From positions 23,417-87,416 of the forward strand of contig CANRDL010000002.1 in the NCBI GenBank assembly GCA_947629405.1: a stretch of 64,000 nucleotides of DNA, written 5' to 3'. The position numbers and the translations under genes were made by a program. Source of the stretch: an uncultured Bacilli bacterium (GTDB lineage: Bacteria > Bacillota_I > Bacilli_A > RF39 > UBA660). The notes under the pieces were generated by a model that had not been told where the DNA came from, did no database searches, and saw only the letters and a list, made by a program, of their open reading frames with translations. Positions 26,006 through 35,493 of this stretch are shown piece by piece (within the stretch, counting starts at the first letter, position 1; the number at the start of each line of letters is the position of its first letter).

Positions 26006-28294
26006 ATGAAATTTAGAGTATCTAAAAAAGATTTAACAATGTTTATTGTTTTTTGTGTTTTTTTACTTTATATTTGTGCAATCGTTGTTGTTAATATATC
26101 AGAGTTTTCCGCTACTGGTTCTTTTGCTGGTTTAAATCCATTTCCAGCTTTTACCAAAGATTACTTTGCTGCTACGTTAACTCTTTTTACTATGGCATTA
26201 ATCCTTATTTTTACAAGTGTTTCAACTTATATATTTGATAAAGAAAAAGGAAAAGGAGTAGGACTTAGAATAGGTGAAAAAGAAGAAAAAACTTATTCTA
26301 GATGGTCAACAGAAAGTGAAATAAAAAAATGTAAAGATATCGAAAAAGTTGACCCAAAAGCTAGTCATATAGATTATGCCGGAGTTCCCCTTATTAATAA
26401 TTCTAAAGGTATGTGGGTTGATAATGGCGAATATCATAACTTAGTAATTGGAGCCACTGGTTCAGGTAAATCTGTACTTATTGTTAAACCGATGGTTAAC
26501 TTACTTTCTAAAAAGGGTGAGTCAATGATAATTACTGACCCTAAAGGAGAGCTTTATAAAGAAAGTGCCGAATATTTAAAAAATTGCGGTTATAATATTA
26601 TAACTTTAAATTTCCGTGAACCAGAAAGAGGAAACGCTTGGAACCCGCTTACTTTACCTTATACTTTATATAAAGCCGGAAATAGAGATAAAGCAGTTGA
26701 ACTTTTAGATGATGTTGCCTTAAATATTTTATATGATCCAAATAATAAAGATGATCCATTCTGGGAAAGAAGTGCAGCCGATTATTTTGCTGGACTTGCT
26801 CTTGGATTATTTGAAGATGCTTCTGAAAGCCAAATTAATATAAATTCAATAAACTATATGTCTAGTGCTGGAGAAGAAAAAATTGCTGGTAATTCAACAT
26901 ATTCCAGAGAATATTTTTCTTTAAAAGGGGAAAACTCAACTCCTTATACGTTTGCTTCTAATACCATAACTGCCCCAACTGAAACAAGAGGAAGTATTTT
27001 ATCAGTATTCAGACAAAAAATAAGAAAATTTTCTACTCAAGAAAATTTAAGTGAAATGTTATCTTATAGTGACTTTGATATGCGAAAAATAGGGGAAGAA
27101 AAAACGGCTGTATTTATAATTATTCACGATGAAAAAACAACATATCATTCCCTTGCAACTATTTTTATAAAGCAATGTTATGAAACTTTAGTAGATTGTG
27201 CTCAATCTAATGGGGGAAAACTTAAAATTAGAACTAATTTTATTCTTGACGAGTTTGCTAATATGCCGCCTTTAAATGATGTTGATGCCATGGTTACTGC
27301 GGCTAGATCTAGATTAATTAGATTTACATTTATAATTCAAAACTTTGCTCAACTTAAAGATGTTTATAATAATAAAGCAGAAACTATTAAAGGTAACTGT
27401 GGTAACTTAATATATCTTATTTCTACCGAACTTCAAGCCCTTGAAGAAATTTCGAAAATGTGTGGAGAAGTAAAATCAAAAGAAAAAGATAAAACTGTTT
27501 CTACACCTTTAGTATCTATTACTGATTTACAAAAACTAAAATTATTTGAGGCTATAATCATTAGATGGCGTATGGCTCCATTTAAAACTAAATTTACACC
27601 TAGTTTTGAAATGGATTGGGGAATTAATTTTGAAGAATCAAAATATCCAACCAGACTAGTTAAAGGTGTTGATTTATTTGATTTAAAATCGTTTGTTAAA
27701 GAAGAAAGGCAAAAGAAATTCTTTGAAAATATGAATAATATGCAAAATGGAATGCCAAACAGTGGACCAAATTCCCTTGGGCCATCTGGTATGCCAAGTA
27801 GTGGACCAAATCCATTTGGACCATCTGGTATGCCAAGCGGCGCCAGTCCATTTGGACCATCTGGTATGCCAAGTGGCGCCAATCCATTTGGGCCTAATAT
27901 GAATTCTAATATGGGAATGCCTGATATGATGGGAAATGGTCCTCAAAGTAATCCAGGTATTGACGAACTAATGAAAAAAATTGATGAACAAATTGCAAAA
28001 TTAGAAGAAGAAGAACGACTTGAAAAAGAAAATGCAATGAAACAAGCAAATGAAAAACCAGAACCAAAAGAAGAAACTAAAGAAGTTGAAGAAGCACCAA
28101 AAGAAGAACCTAAGAAGGATTTACCAGTTCAAGATGCTTCATTTAAAGAAAAAGAAGAAACAACTAAAAATAATGTTTCCAATAAAGATTTACCAAAACC
28201 TAAGGTAAATATTGATAACGATAGTGTAGTTGTAGATGAAAATGTTGTTACTGATGATCAATTCTTTGATGATTTCTTTGGAGATGACCTATAA
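26006..28294 (+). CDS. type IV coupling protein (VirD4/TraG family) with repeat-containing acidic tail
   Basis: Two N-terminal TM helices. Walker A LVIGATGSGKS and Walker B NFILDEFANMP. The C-terminus has PFGPSGMPSG repeats and a K/E-rich then D/F-rich tail. Confidence 0.85.
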   Translation: MKFRVSKKDLTMFIVFCVFLLYICAIVVVNISEFSATGSFAGLNPFPAFTKDYFAATLTLFTMALILIFTSVSTYIFDKEKGKGVGLRIGEKEEKTYSRWSTESEIKKCKDIEKVDPKASHIDYAGVPLINNSKGMWVDNGEYHNLVIGATGSGKSVLIVKPMVNLLSKKGESMIITDPKGELYKESAEYLKNCGYNIITLNFREPERGNAWNPLTLPYTLYKAGNRDKAVELLDDVALNILYDPNNKDDPFWERSAADYFAGLALGLFEDASESQININSINYMSSAGEEKIAGNSTYSREYFSLKGENSTPYTFASNTITAPTETRGSILSVFRQKIRKFSTQENLSEMLSYSDFDMRKIGEEKTAVFIIIHDEKTTYHSLATIFIKQCYETLVDCAQSNGGKLKIRTNFILDEFANMPPLNDVDAMVTAARSRLIRFTFIIQNFAQLKDVYNNKAETIKGNCGNLIYLISTELQALEEISKMCGEVKSKEKDKTVSTPLVSITDLQKLKLFEAIIIRWRMAPFKTKFTPSFEMDWGINFEESKYPTRLVKGVDLFDLKSFVKEERQKKFFENMNNMQNGMPNSGPNSLGPSGMPSSGPNPFGPSGMPSGASPFGPSGMPSGANPFGPNMNSNMGMPDMMGNGPQSNPGIDELMKKIDEQIAKLEEEERLEKENAMKQANEKPEPKEETKEVEEAPKEEPKKDLPVQDASFKEKEETTKNNVSNKDLPKPKVNIDNDSVVVDENVVTDDQFFDDFFGDDL
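27764..27896 (+). repeat. in-frame tandem repeat (about 36-42 nt units) inside the coupling-protein gene
   Basis: Encodes GPNSLGPSGMPSS / GPNPFGPSGMPSGAS / PFGPSGMPSGAN / PFGPN. The nucleotide units ccatttggaccatctggtatgccaag... are near-identical. Confidence 0.8.
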
Positions 28295-28356
28295 TAGGTT
28301 ATCTTTTTTTGACAAAATTTTTTAACTTTAACTTTTATAATAATTTTGGTGATAAT

Positions 28357-28533
28357 ATGAAAGTAAAAATATTTGATGAATCTCATGAAAAAGCTTTAGA
28401 AAATTCTATAAATAGTTTTCTTGAAGTTACAACTTGTGATATAATAGATATCAAGTATCAGGTTGCAATTTCGCTTTTTGGAGAAGAACAAATATATTGT
28501 TTTTCAGCGATGATTGTTTATGATGAAAAATGA
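28357..28533 (+). CDS. Cse60 (YteV)-family small sporulation protein
   Basis: MKVKIFDESHEKALENSINSFL...DIIDIKYQVA...EQIYCFSAMIVY matches my recollection of the Cse60 pattern (VK.FD..HEKDLE...N.FL...DIKY.V...F.FSA.I.Y). Confidence 0.6.
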   Translation: MKVKIFDESHEKALENSINSFLEVTTCDIIDIKYQVAISLFGEEQIYCFSAMIVYDEK

Positions 28534-28541
28534 GGTGCGAA

Positions 28542-30170
28542 ATGAAAAAAAATTCCTTTGTGGAAGGAACTGTAATAGCTACAGCGTTAATAGTTTTAAT
28601 AAAGATAATTGGAATGCTTTATGTAATTCCTTTTTATGCAATTGTCGGTCAAAAAGGTAGTGCCTTATATGGTTATGGATATAACATATATTTAATTTTT
28701 TTAGGTATATCTTCAGCTGGTATACCAACAGCCATGAGTAAAATTACTAATGAATATCAAACGCTTGGTTATTTTGAAGCTAAAAAGAGAGCTTTTCAAA
28801 TTGGCTTAAAAATAATATCTTTAGTATCTGTTATTATTTTCTTCTTATTATTTATATTTGCTAAACCAATTGCTTCTTTAATACTGGGAAATTTACAAGG
28901 AGGAAATACTATTGATGATGTTGCTTTCATCGTAAGATGTGTTTCGCCGGCTATTTTAGTTATTCCTTTTTTAAGTGTATCGAAGGGTTTTTTACAAGGA
29001 CATAAATTTATTTCAACTTCATCAACTTCCCAACTTATTGAACAAGTAGTAAGAGTTTTTATTATTTTAGTTGGAAGTTATCTTTGTATAAAAATAATTA
29101 AAACATCAACTACCTTTGCTGTAGGTGTTGCAATTTTGGGCGCTTTTTTTGCGGGTATTGTTGCATATTTATACATACTAGGAAAAATTAAAAGAAATAA
29201 AAAACAATTAAATTTAGAAAAAATAAATAAAAAAGATAAAATAACAAATAAAGAAATATTAAAAAAGATAGCCGCTTATGCAATACCATTTATAATTATA
29301 AGTGTAGCTGCTAATATTTATAATTTCATTGATATGATTTTAATTTTAAGAACTCTTACGCATTTAGGTTATAATGCTTCCTCTGTCGAATTTATTACTT
29401 CTTCAATTACAACTTGGAGCTGTAAGTTAAGTATGATTGTTGTGGCTGTTGCCAATGGATTAGTTGTAAGTTTAATACCTAATATTGTATCGGCTTTTAC
29501 TTTAAAAAAATGGAATGATGTTAATAGTAAATTAAATCAAGCATTGCAAATTATATTAATGGTTTCTATTCCTTTGGTATTAGGTCTTTCCTTTTTAGCT
29601 AAACCAGTTTGGCAAGTATTTTATGGAAATAACCCTTATGGTCCAATTATTTTAAATGTAAGTATTATTAATGCTTTATTTACAAATTTATATATGGTTA
29701 CTTCCTCAACTTTACAAGGTTTAAATAAATTTAAATTAGTTTACAAAACAACTTTATCAGGTTTTATATTAAACGCCTTATTAGATGTTCCATTGATGGT
29801 ATTATTCCATAAAATTGGTTTATATGCCTTCCATGGTGCTTTAGTTGCTACTGCTATTGGTTATATTACATCAACTTATATTGGACTTCATACATTGAAA
29901 AAAGAAAATAATTTGAATTATAAATCTACTTTTAAAACATTATTAAAAATATTAGTACCCACAATATCTATGTTAGTTATACTTTATATACTAAAAATAT
30001 TTTTGCCATTTGAAAATTTAAATAAAGTTAAATCAATTCTATATATTACTATTTATACTTTAGTTGGTGGTATTGTATATATTGCTATATCATTTAAGTT
30101 AAAATTATTTAATACCGTGTTTGGTAGTTCATTTATAAATAAATTAAAGAAAAAACTTATCCATACTTAG
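28542..30170 (+). CDS. MOP-superfamily flippase (MurJ/SpoVB-type)
   Basis: About 14 TM segments. N-terminal GSALYGYGYNIYLIFLGISSAGIPTAMSK is typical of the SpoVB/polysaccharide biosynthesis family. Confidence 0.7.
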   Translation: MKKNSFVEGTVIATALIVLIKIIGMLYVIPFYAIVGQKGSALYGYGYNIYLIFLGISSAGIPTAMSKITNEYQTLGYFEAKKRAFQIGLKIISLVSVIIFFLLFIFAKPIASLILGNLQGGNTIDDVAFIVRCVSPAILVIPFLSVSKGFLQGHKFISTSSTSQLIEQVVRVFIILVGSYLCIKIIKTSTTFAVGVAILGAFFAGIVAYLYILGKIKRNKKQLNLEKINKKDKITNKEILKKIAAYAIPFIIISVAANIYNFIDMILILRTLTHLGYNASSVEFITSSITTWSCKLSMIVVAVANGLVVSLIPNIVSAFTLKKWNDVNSKLNQALQIILMVSIPLVLGLSFLAKPVWQVFYGNNPYGPIILNVSIINALFTNLYMVTSSTLQGLNKFKLVYKTTLSGFILNALLDVPLMVLFHKIGLYAFHGALVATAIGYITSTYIGLHTLKKENNLNYKSTFKTLLKILVPTISMLVILYILKIFLPFENLNKVKSILYITIYTLVGGIVYIAISFKLKLFNTVFGSSFINKLKKKLIHT

Positions 30171-30176
30171 GATAAG

Positions 30177-30515
30177 TTAAATCATATACATATTAGAATT
30201 AGGATTTATTTCCGTTTCATCAATATTGTAAGTTACATTACTGGTATTTTCGAGTTTATTAACTCTTGTTTCCAATCTATTAATTTGTCTTTCAAGTCTA
30301 GATAATCTTGAGTCATAATCAGTATTTGAACTAATTTGATTATTATTATATCCTTGATTCATATTAAAATTAGCTGGTCCAGAGTAAAAAGATGAACTTT
30401 GACTGGCAGCACTATAAGGTGCCATATTTGGTCCCATATTCATGTTTGGTTGAGGTATAAATCCACTTGTTTGCATATTTGCTTCACTAAAAAAGGCATT
30501 TCGATTTTTTTTCAT
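30177..30515 (-). CDS. hypothetical N/Q/S-rich protein with C-terminal heptad segment
   Basis: 112 aa. Low-complexity N/Q/M/P region, then LSRLERQINRLETRVNKLEN. Confidence 0.45.
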   Translation of the reverse strand: MKKNRNAFFSEANMQTSGFIPQPNMNMGPNMAPYSAASQSSSFYSGPANFNMNQGYNNNQISSNTDYDSRLSRLERQINRLETRVNKLENTSNVTYNIDETEINPNSNMYMI

Positions 30516-30585
30516 AAAAAAGTTTCACCCCCTATAAAATTATATGATTATTTTGACTATTGTTTCATGGAAAGGAAGTTATAAA

Positions 30586-31209
30586 ATGAGACTTAGAAAT
30601 CCCAAAAATAAAGAAGAAATTTTAAAAAATAGTAAAATTTTATTAAAATTAGATAAACCGATAAAATTAAAAAATATTTTTAAAAATAATAATCCAATTT
30701 GTTTAGAAATTGGGATGGGGAAAGGCGATTTTATATACCAAATGGCTACTAATTATCCTAATATAAATTTTGTTGGGGTGGAAAAATATGATGGGGTTAT
30801 ATGCAAAGCAATAAAAAAACTAGAAGAATATGAGCTTGATAATTTAAGATTAATTAGATGTGATGCTGCTGATTTAGAAAAATATATAAAAAAAGAAATA
30901 GATACTATTTATTTAAACTTTTCTGATCCTTGGCCTAAAAAAAGATACCATAAAAGAAGATTAACACATGAAAATTTACTTAAAACTTATGATGCTTTAT
31001 TTAAAGGGAAAAAACATATTTTCTTTAAAACTGATAATATTGATCTTTTTAATGATAGTGTTATCTATTTAAAAAACTATGGCTATGATATTGTTAATAT
31101 TTCTTATGATTTACATAAAGAGAATATAGAAAATTTTCAAACTGAATATGAAAAAAAATTTAGTGATTTAGGTTATAAAATAAATTATTTAGAAGCAATC
31201 AAAAAATAA
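30586..31209 (+). CDS. trmB: tRNA (guanine-N7)-methyltransferase
   Basis: LEIGMGKGDF (SAM-binding site) and FSDPWPKKRYHKRRL signature. Confidence 0.9.
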   Translation: MRLRNPKNKEEILKNSKILLKLDKPIKLKNIFKNNNPICLEIGMGKGDFIYQMATNYPNINFVGVEKYDGVICKAIKKLEEYELDNLRLIRCDAADLEKYIKKEIDTIYLNFSDPWPKKRYHKRRLTHENLLKTYDALFKGKKHIFFKTDNIDLFNDSVIYLKNYGYDIVNISYDLHKENIENFQTEYEKKFSDLGYKINYLEAIKK

Positions 31210-31260
31210 TTATTTAAAAAATAACTATTTTTTGATATAATTATAGAAGGGTAGATGTAT

Positions 31261-31902
31261 ATGCGAAAAATATTATTGATAATTTTCCCGTTATTGTTTT
31301 TAACTGGTTGTGCTAATATTAATAATACTAATTTAGAAGATATAGAAAAAGATGTTCTAAATTCTAATATTAATATTAATAACCAATTTAGAAGCGGTTA
31401 TAAATATTATTTACCACGAGATTTAAATGTTATTGATAGTTTAGATTATAATGAAAGACTTAATAGTAATAAATATATTTATTATTTATATGTTGATATA
31501 ATTAGTTATAATAACAAAGCCAAAAATGACTATAAAATTAATTATGATGCTTATTTTTCAAATAAAATAATATATAACAATAAATACGGTTATTTAGAAA
31601 TTAATAAACAAAAAGATAAATATTTAGTTGAAATGATGTATAATTATGCTAAAATAGAAGTAATGGTAGAAGAGAAAGATATAAATGAGACTGTAACTAA
31701 TTCAATGATCATTTTATCTTCTATCGAATATAATAATAAGGTTATTAACCATTTAATAGGAAACGGTAGTTTTAATGGGACAGAGACGGATTTTAATATC
31801 TTTAAAACTAAGAAAAACGAAAGTAATTTTATAAATTATATAAAAGAATATGATAAATATGAAGAAACCGAAGATGTACCAGATTTGGACTTGATTAAAT
31901 AG
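31261..31902 (+). CDS. putative lipoprotein
   Basis: MRKILLIIFPLLFLTGCAN carries a lipobox (LTGC). Confidence 0.6.
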   Translation: MRKILLIIFPLLFLTGCANINNTNLEDIEKDVLNSNININNQFRSGYKYYLPRDLNVIDSLDYNERLNSNKYIYYLYVDIISYNNKAKNDYKINYDAYFSNKIIYNNKYGYLEINKQKDKYLVEMMYNYAKIEVMVEEKDINETVTNSMIILSSIEYNNKVINHLIGNGSFNGTETDFNIFKTKKNESNFINYIKEYDKYEETEDVPDLDLIK

Positions 31903-31915
31903 GAAGGTGTAAAAA

Positions 31916-32800
31916 ATGGGATTATTTAGTAAAATAAAAGATATTTTATTTGAAGAAGAAACAGTAGAAATACCAATAGTTGATCAAAAAGAAGAAATAA
32001 GAAAAATTCAAAAGGAATTAAAAGAAAGCAAACAACCAGAAGAAAAAAAATTTGAGTTACCAAAAGAGAAAAAAGAAGAAATAAAAGAAGAAAAAATTAT
32101 TCCTCCTAAAAAGGAAGAAACAAAAGAAAGAGATTTATATAAATCTGAACCAACATTTCCTTTTCCTTTAGCTTTTGATGAAGAACCGGAAATTCCATCA
32201 AGAACTAAAGTTCAAATGGATAAAATTAAAGAAGTTCCTAAAAGAGAAAAAAAGGAAATAAAGAAGGCAGTACCTAAAAAAGAAGAAGTAAAAGAAATTA
32301 CATTTGAAAGAAATACCAAACCATTTAAACCATCTCCAGTAATTTCTCCTGTATATGGTATTTTAGATAAAAATTATAAAAAAGAAGATTTGGTTCAAAA
32401 AAATAAAAATGATGATTTAAATATTGATAAAGTTCGTCAAAAAGCTTTTGGTCAAGATAAAAGTTTAGATGCTGATGAAATATTTGTTAAAACAGAAAAT
32501 GGCAAAACAGTGGATGAGTTACTTATTGATACATTAAGTATTAATATTGATGATATTGAAAGTAAAATAGAAGATAAAAATAATGATAATATAATTGAAG
32601 ATATTAAAAATCTAAAAAAAGAAGAAGAAAAAACAAGTAAAAAAGTGAAAAAAGAAGAGACTTCAAAAGAAGAAGAAAACAAAAAAGTAGTAAAAGAAGA
32701 AGTAAAAAAAGAAAAAGAAGACAAGGATATAAACGACACATTAGAAACCGACCTATTTAATTTAATTGATTCAATGTATGATGAAAAGGATGGTGAATAA
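31916..32800 (+). CDS. Lys/Glu-rich protein with amphipathic N-terminus
   Basis: MGLFSKIKDILFEEE followed by long K/E/P-rich low-complexity sequence. No family assigned. Confidence 0.45.
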   Translation: MGLFSKIKDILFEEETVEIPIVDQKEEIRKIQKELKESKQPEEKKFELPKEKKEEIKEEKIIPPKKEETKERDLYKSEPTFPFPLAFDEEPEIPSRTKVQMDKIKEVPKREKKEIKKAVPKKEEVKEITFERNTKPFKPSPVISPVYGILDKNYKKEDLVQKNKNDDLNIDKVRQKAFGQDKSLDADEIFVKTENGKTVDELLIDTLSINIDDIESKIEDKNNDNIIEDIKNLKKEEEKTSKKVKKEETSKEEENKKVVKEEVKKEKEDKDINDTLETDLFNLIDSMYDEKDGE

Positions 32801-32802
32801 GA

Positions 32803-33126
32803 TTGGCTTTTTTAACTACATTTTTACCAATTATAATTTATATCTTACTTATAATTTTACTAATTGTTGGCATAATAATTGGTATAAAGTTAATTGCTAC
32901 TTTAGCTAAAGTTAACAAAGTAGTAGATGATGTAAATAATAAAGTTAAAACTTTAGATGGTTTTTTTAGCGTAATTGATTTTACTACAGATAAAATAGCA
33001 GCAATATCTGATTGGATAGTAGATGGTATTCATTCATTAATTATTAAAGTATTTAAAAAAAGAAAAAGAAAAAAAGTAGAAGAAGAATTAGAAAATATTG
33101 AAGAAGAAATAGAAAGCGAGGAATAA
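32803..33126 (+). CDS. DUF948-like membrane-anchored protein
   Basis: TTG start. Single N-terminal TM plus a coiled segment. Lies next to a YtxH-like gene, as commonly seen in Bacilli. Confidence 0.5.
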   Translation: MAFLTTFLPIIIYILLIILLIVGIIIGIKLIATLAKVNKVVDDVNNKVKTLDGFFSVIDFTTDKIAAISDWIVDGIHSLIIKVFKKRKRKKVEEELENIEEEIESEE

Positions 33127-33129
33127 ATT

Positions 33130-33549
33130 ATGGCCAAAAAACATTTTGGAAAATTTTTAGCAGGAGCAGCACTTGGTGCTGGATTAGGAGTTTTATTTGC
33201 GCCTAAGTCAGGAAAAGAATCAAGAAAGGATCTTGCTAATAAAATCAATGAATTAATCGATTACTTAAAAACAATCGATGCAGACGATGTAAAAGAGTAT
33301 GTAGAAGAAAAAATATCTCAAATAAAAAGTGAATTAAAAGATTTAGATAAAGAAAAAGCTTTAAAAGTTGCAAAAGAAAAAGGGAAAGAACTTTTAGATA
33401 AATGTGATGATTTAGTAGATTATGCCAAAGAAAAAGGAACACCTTATTTAAAAAAAGCAGCTAATGATGTAAGAGAAAAAACAATTTCTGTTTTAGAAGA
33501 TACAATTAAAAAATTAGAAAGTAATAATAAAAAAACAACTAAAAAATAA
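33130..33549 (+). CDS. YtxH-family general-stress-type protein
   Basis: KFLAGAALGAGLGVLFAPKSGKESRKDL is the characteristic YtxH N-terminus. Confidence 0.7.
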   Translation: MAKKHFGKFLAGAALGAGLGVLFAPKSGKESRKDLANKINELIDYLKTIDADDVKEYVEEKISQIKSELKDLDKEKALKVAKEKGKELLDKCDDLVDYAKEKGTPYLKKAANDVREKTISVLEDTIKKLESNNKKTTKK

Positions 33550-33577
33550 ACCATAAATTTTAAATTTATGGTTTTTT
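33549..33577. terminator. bidirectional terminator
   Basis: ccataaattt-t-aaatttatgg palindrome followed by a T-run, between convergent genes. Confidence 0.6.
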
Positions 33578-33584
33578 AAATTTT

Positions 33585-33791
33585 TTAATAATAAGTTGGA
33601 TAGTAATAATTATAACCGTAATTATATCCATAACCAGGGCCATAATAAGGACCTGGTCGATAATTACTATAAATAGGACGAGGTCTAGTTAATCCTACTG
33701 CTGCTCCTCCAGTTACAGCACCAACTAAAAATGGAAAAAAGAATCCACCTCTTAAATTATTATTTGGATAATTATATGGGTAATAACGCAT
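33585..33791 (-). CDS. small Tyr/Gly/Pro/Asn-rich protein (spore-coat-like composition)
   Basis: MRYYPYNYPNN...GPYYGPGYGYNYGYNYYYPTYY with a central GG-rich hydrophobic stretch. RBS AAAGGGG. Confidence 0.45.
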   Translation of the reverse strand: MRYYPYNYPNNNLRGGFFFPFLVGAVTGGAAVGLTRPRPIYSNYRPGPYYGPGYGYNYGYNYYYPTYY

Positions 33792-33837
33792 AATAAAAAC
33801 CCCTTTCATAATAATGTATGTAGGGATTTAAAAATTG

Positions 33838-34674
33838 TTAATTATTATATAATCGATATAAATTAATTGATGGTTTAGATAAAAATCTATAAGGATATTT
33901 GGAAGTGCCTATACCACTGGAAATATACATTTGGGTATTATTTAATTTAGTATATTCATTATTGTATATTTTAGCGCCCTCAAAATTACATATTGGACCA
34001 ACGAAAGGAATTCTTATTTGGCCCCCATGAGAATGTCCTGCTAAAATTAAATCAGTATTACTTAAATTAAAATTCTTAACATTGTCTGGCATGTGCAATA
34101 GTAATATTTTATATAGATTTTCTTTATCGGTATTTAATGCCTTTTCATAATCTGGATTATCAACATCAACTCCTCCAATTAAAATTGGTTTATTACTATT
34201 ATAATAAATAAGATCATTAGTATTATTTAATAATTTAAAACCAGATGTGGAAATAATAGTTTCAAAATGATTATCAGCATCATCTTCACCATTTATAGCA
34301 TATTTAGCTATGTTAGCATCTAGGGATGACATGAAATTGTTTAAATCTTCAATATCTTTGTCATTATAAGATACTTCATCAGAAAATAAATCGCCGGTAA
34401 ATACAATGATATCGGGTTTATATTTATTAACTTCTTTTAATATTTTAACTAGATCACTTTCAAAAACAGTTGTTTTATAATGAATGTCTGAAATATGAAT
34501 TATTTTAAAACCATCAAAAGATGAGTCAATTTTGTTATTTTTTATTCCATATTCTTTAACTATTAGTCCCTTAGGATAGTAATATTTGGCAAGAACAAAT
34601 ATTAATGCTACAAAAAGGATTAAAACAATTAATAATGAAAAACTAGTTTTCTTTTTCTTCTTCTTTTTTGTCAT
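33838..34674 (-). CDS. membrane-anchored metallophosphoesterase
   Basis: IIHISDIHY, FTGDLF and AGHSHGGQI motifs. N-terminal TM. Confidence 0.8.
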   Translation of the reverse strand: MTKKKKKKKTSFSLLIVLILFVALIFVLAKYYYPKGLIVKEYGIKNNKIDSSFDGFKIIHISDIHYKTTVFESDLVKILKEVNKYKPDIIVFTGDLFSDEVSYNDKDIEDLNNFMSSLDANIAKYAINGEDDADNHFETIISTSGFKLLNNTNDLIYYNSNKPILIGGVDVDNPDYEKALNTDKENLYKILLLHMPDNVKNFNLSNTDLILAGHSHGGQIRIPFVGPICNFEGAKIYNNEYTKLNNTQMYISSGIGTSKYPYRFLSKPSINLYRLYNN

Positions 34675-34682
34675 AGTTCCTC

Positions 34683-35396
34683 CTAAGCTATTAGAACAAT
34701 AATTAAAACAAATAAATTATGAATTATATGAGTTAATATATCGGCATTAATATTATCAGTTTTAAAATAAGCATATGCAAAACAAAATCCTAAAGTACCA
34801 TAAGGTAAAATATATAATAATTGATTAATAAACACTTTTAAACTACTGGCAGTAAAAACACTTTCTAAAACATGTATTCCTCCAAATAATAAAGCTGATA
34901 TTAAAGAAAATAAAATAATATTTTTAAATCCTTTTTTTAAAGTAGCTCTAAAAATTAATTCTTCACAAAAAGGAGCATAAAAAATTAATGAAAAAATGGA
35001 ATATATTGGATAAGTTGATAAAAATTTACGATTTAAATCTTCATTTGTAGCAGTTGATCCTTTAAATAATATCATATTGATAACAATGTTAAATAAAATC
35101 ATTAAAACTAAACCAATTAACCAAAATTTCAAATGATACTTTAAATCTTTTTTTAAATTTTTTTTGGTTGATGATTTTATTTCCTTATTAAAAATTAAAG
35201 AAAATAAAATCATTTCGATTAGACAAATTACTATCATAACTAAACTGTAGATAAGTTTGTTATTTAAATAAAAAATATTTAAATTTTTAACTATCCCATA
35301 TAAAAAAGAAGGAATAAAAATATGTAATAAAAACAACATAAATGTTAAAAATAAATATAAAGAAAAATTTTTAAATTTGTCTTCTATTTGCTTCAT
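34683..35396 (-). CDS. CPBP-family (CAAX-type) intramembrane metalloprotease
   Basis: APFCEELIFRATL (EExxxR), FGGIH and THIIHNL motifs. Polytopic. Confidence 0.8.
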   Translation of the reverse strand: MKQIEDKFKNFSLYLFLTFMLFLLHIFIPSFLYGIVKNLNIFYLNNKLIYSLVMIVICLIEMILFSLIFNKEIKSSTKKNLKKDLKYHLKFWLIGLVLMILFNIVINMILFKGSTATNEDLNRKFLSTYPIYSIFSLIFYAPFCEELIFRATLKKGFKNIILFSLISALLFGGIHVLESVFTASSLKVFINQLLYILPYGTLGFCFAYAYFKTDNINADILTHIIHNLFVLIIVLIA

Positions 35397-35460
35397 ATTA
35401 CCATCCTCATTAAAATAAATATAGCATATCTAAAAAATTATAGCAATAATCAACTAAATT

Positions 35461-35469
35461 TGATATAAT
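35461..35469 (+). promoter_or_regulatory. extended -10 element ahead of the A1 gene
   Basis: TGATATAAT (TGnTATAAT), 25 nt upstream of the A1 start. The -35 is weak. Confidence 0.35.
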
Positions 35470-35493
35470 TATTTAAAATAAGGAGGGACTAAA

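Noticed and set aside
27433-27946. Three minus-strand ORFs (27433-27882, 27683-27946, 27696-27887)
   Set aside because: They are antisense mirror images of the PFGPSGMPSG repeat region inside the well-supported coupling-protein gene. They are low-complexity and lack RBS context.
9221-28294. Whole 9-28 kb stretch as one intact integrative conjugative element
   Set aside because: No relaxase, integrase or excisionase ORF and no flanking direct repeats that I can see. The interval contains core genes (T-box tyrS, a SEDS-family gene, spore coat genes). I report it as a relaxase-less, fragmented T4SS instead.
26006-28294. Reading this ATPase as an FtsK/SpoIIIE-type translocase
   Set aside because: Two N-terminal TMs, the GATGSGKS / ILDEFANM spacing and the TraG/VirD4-like all-alpha insertion region fit a VirD4-type coupling protein better. 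I cannot exclude a TcpA-like (FtsK-related) subtype without a profile search.
30399-30584. + strand 61-aa ORF
   Set aside because: It lies antisense to ORF 30177-30515 and runs into the trmB upstream region, with no RBS.
31916-32800. K/E-rich protein as a SepF, DivIVA or TonB-like factor
   Set aside because: Only compositional resemblance and an amphipathic N-terminus, with no diagnostic motif.
32452-33442. Minus-strand ORFs 32452-32739, 33030-33248 and 33245-33442
   Set aside because: They are S/F/L-rich mirror translations of K/E-rich coding sequence on the + strand.
34683-35396. Polytopic protease just upstream of the A/B-Tad supercluster as the missing prepilin peptidase
   Set aside because: Its motifs (EExxxR, FxxxH, HxxxN) are those of CPBP/CAAX-type metalloproteases, not the two-Asp GxGD pattern of A24 prepilin peptidases. 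It is also on the opposite strand.
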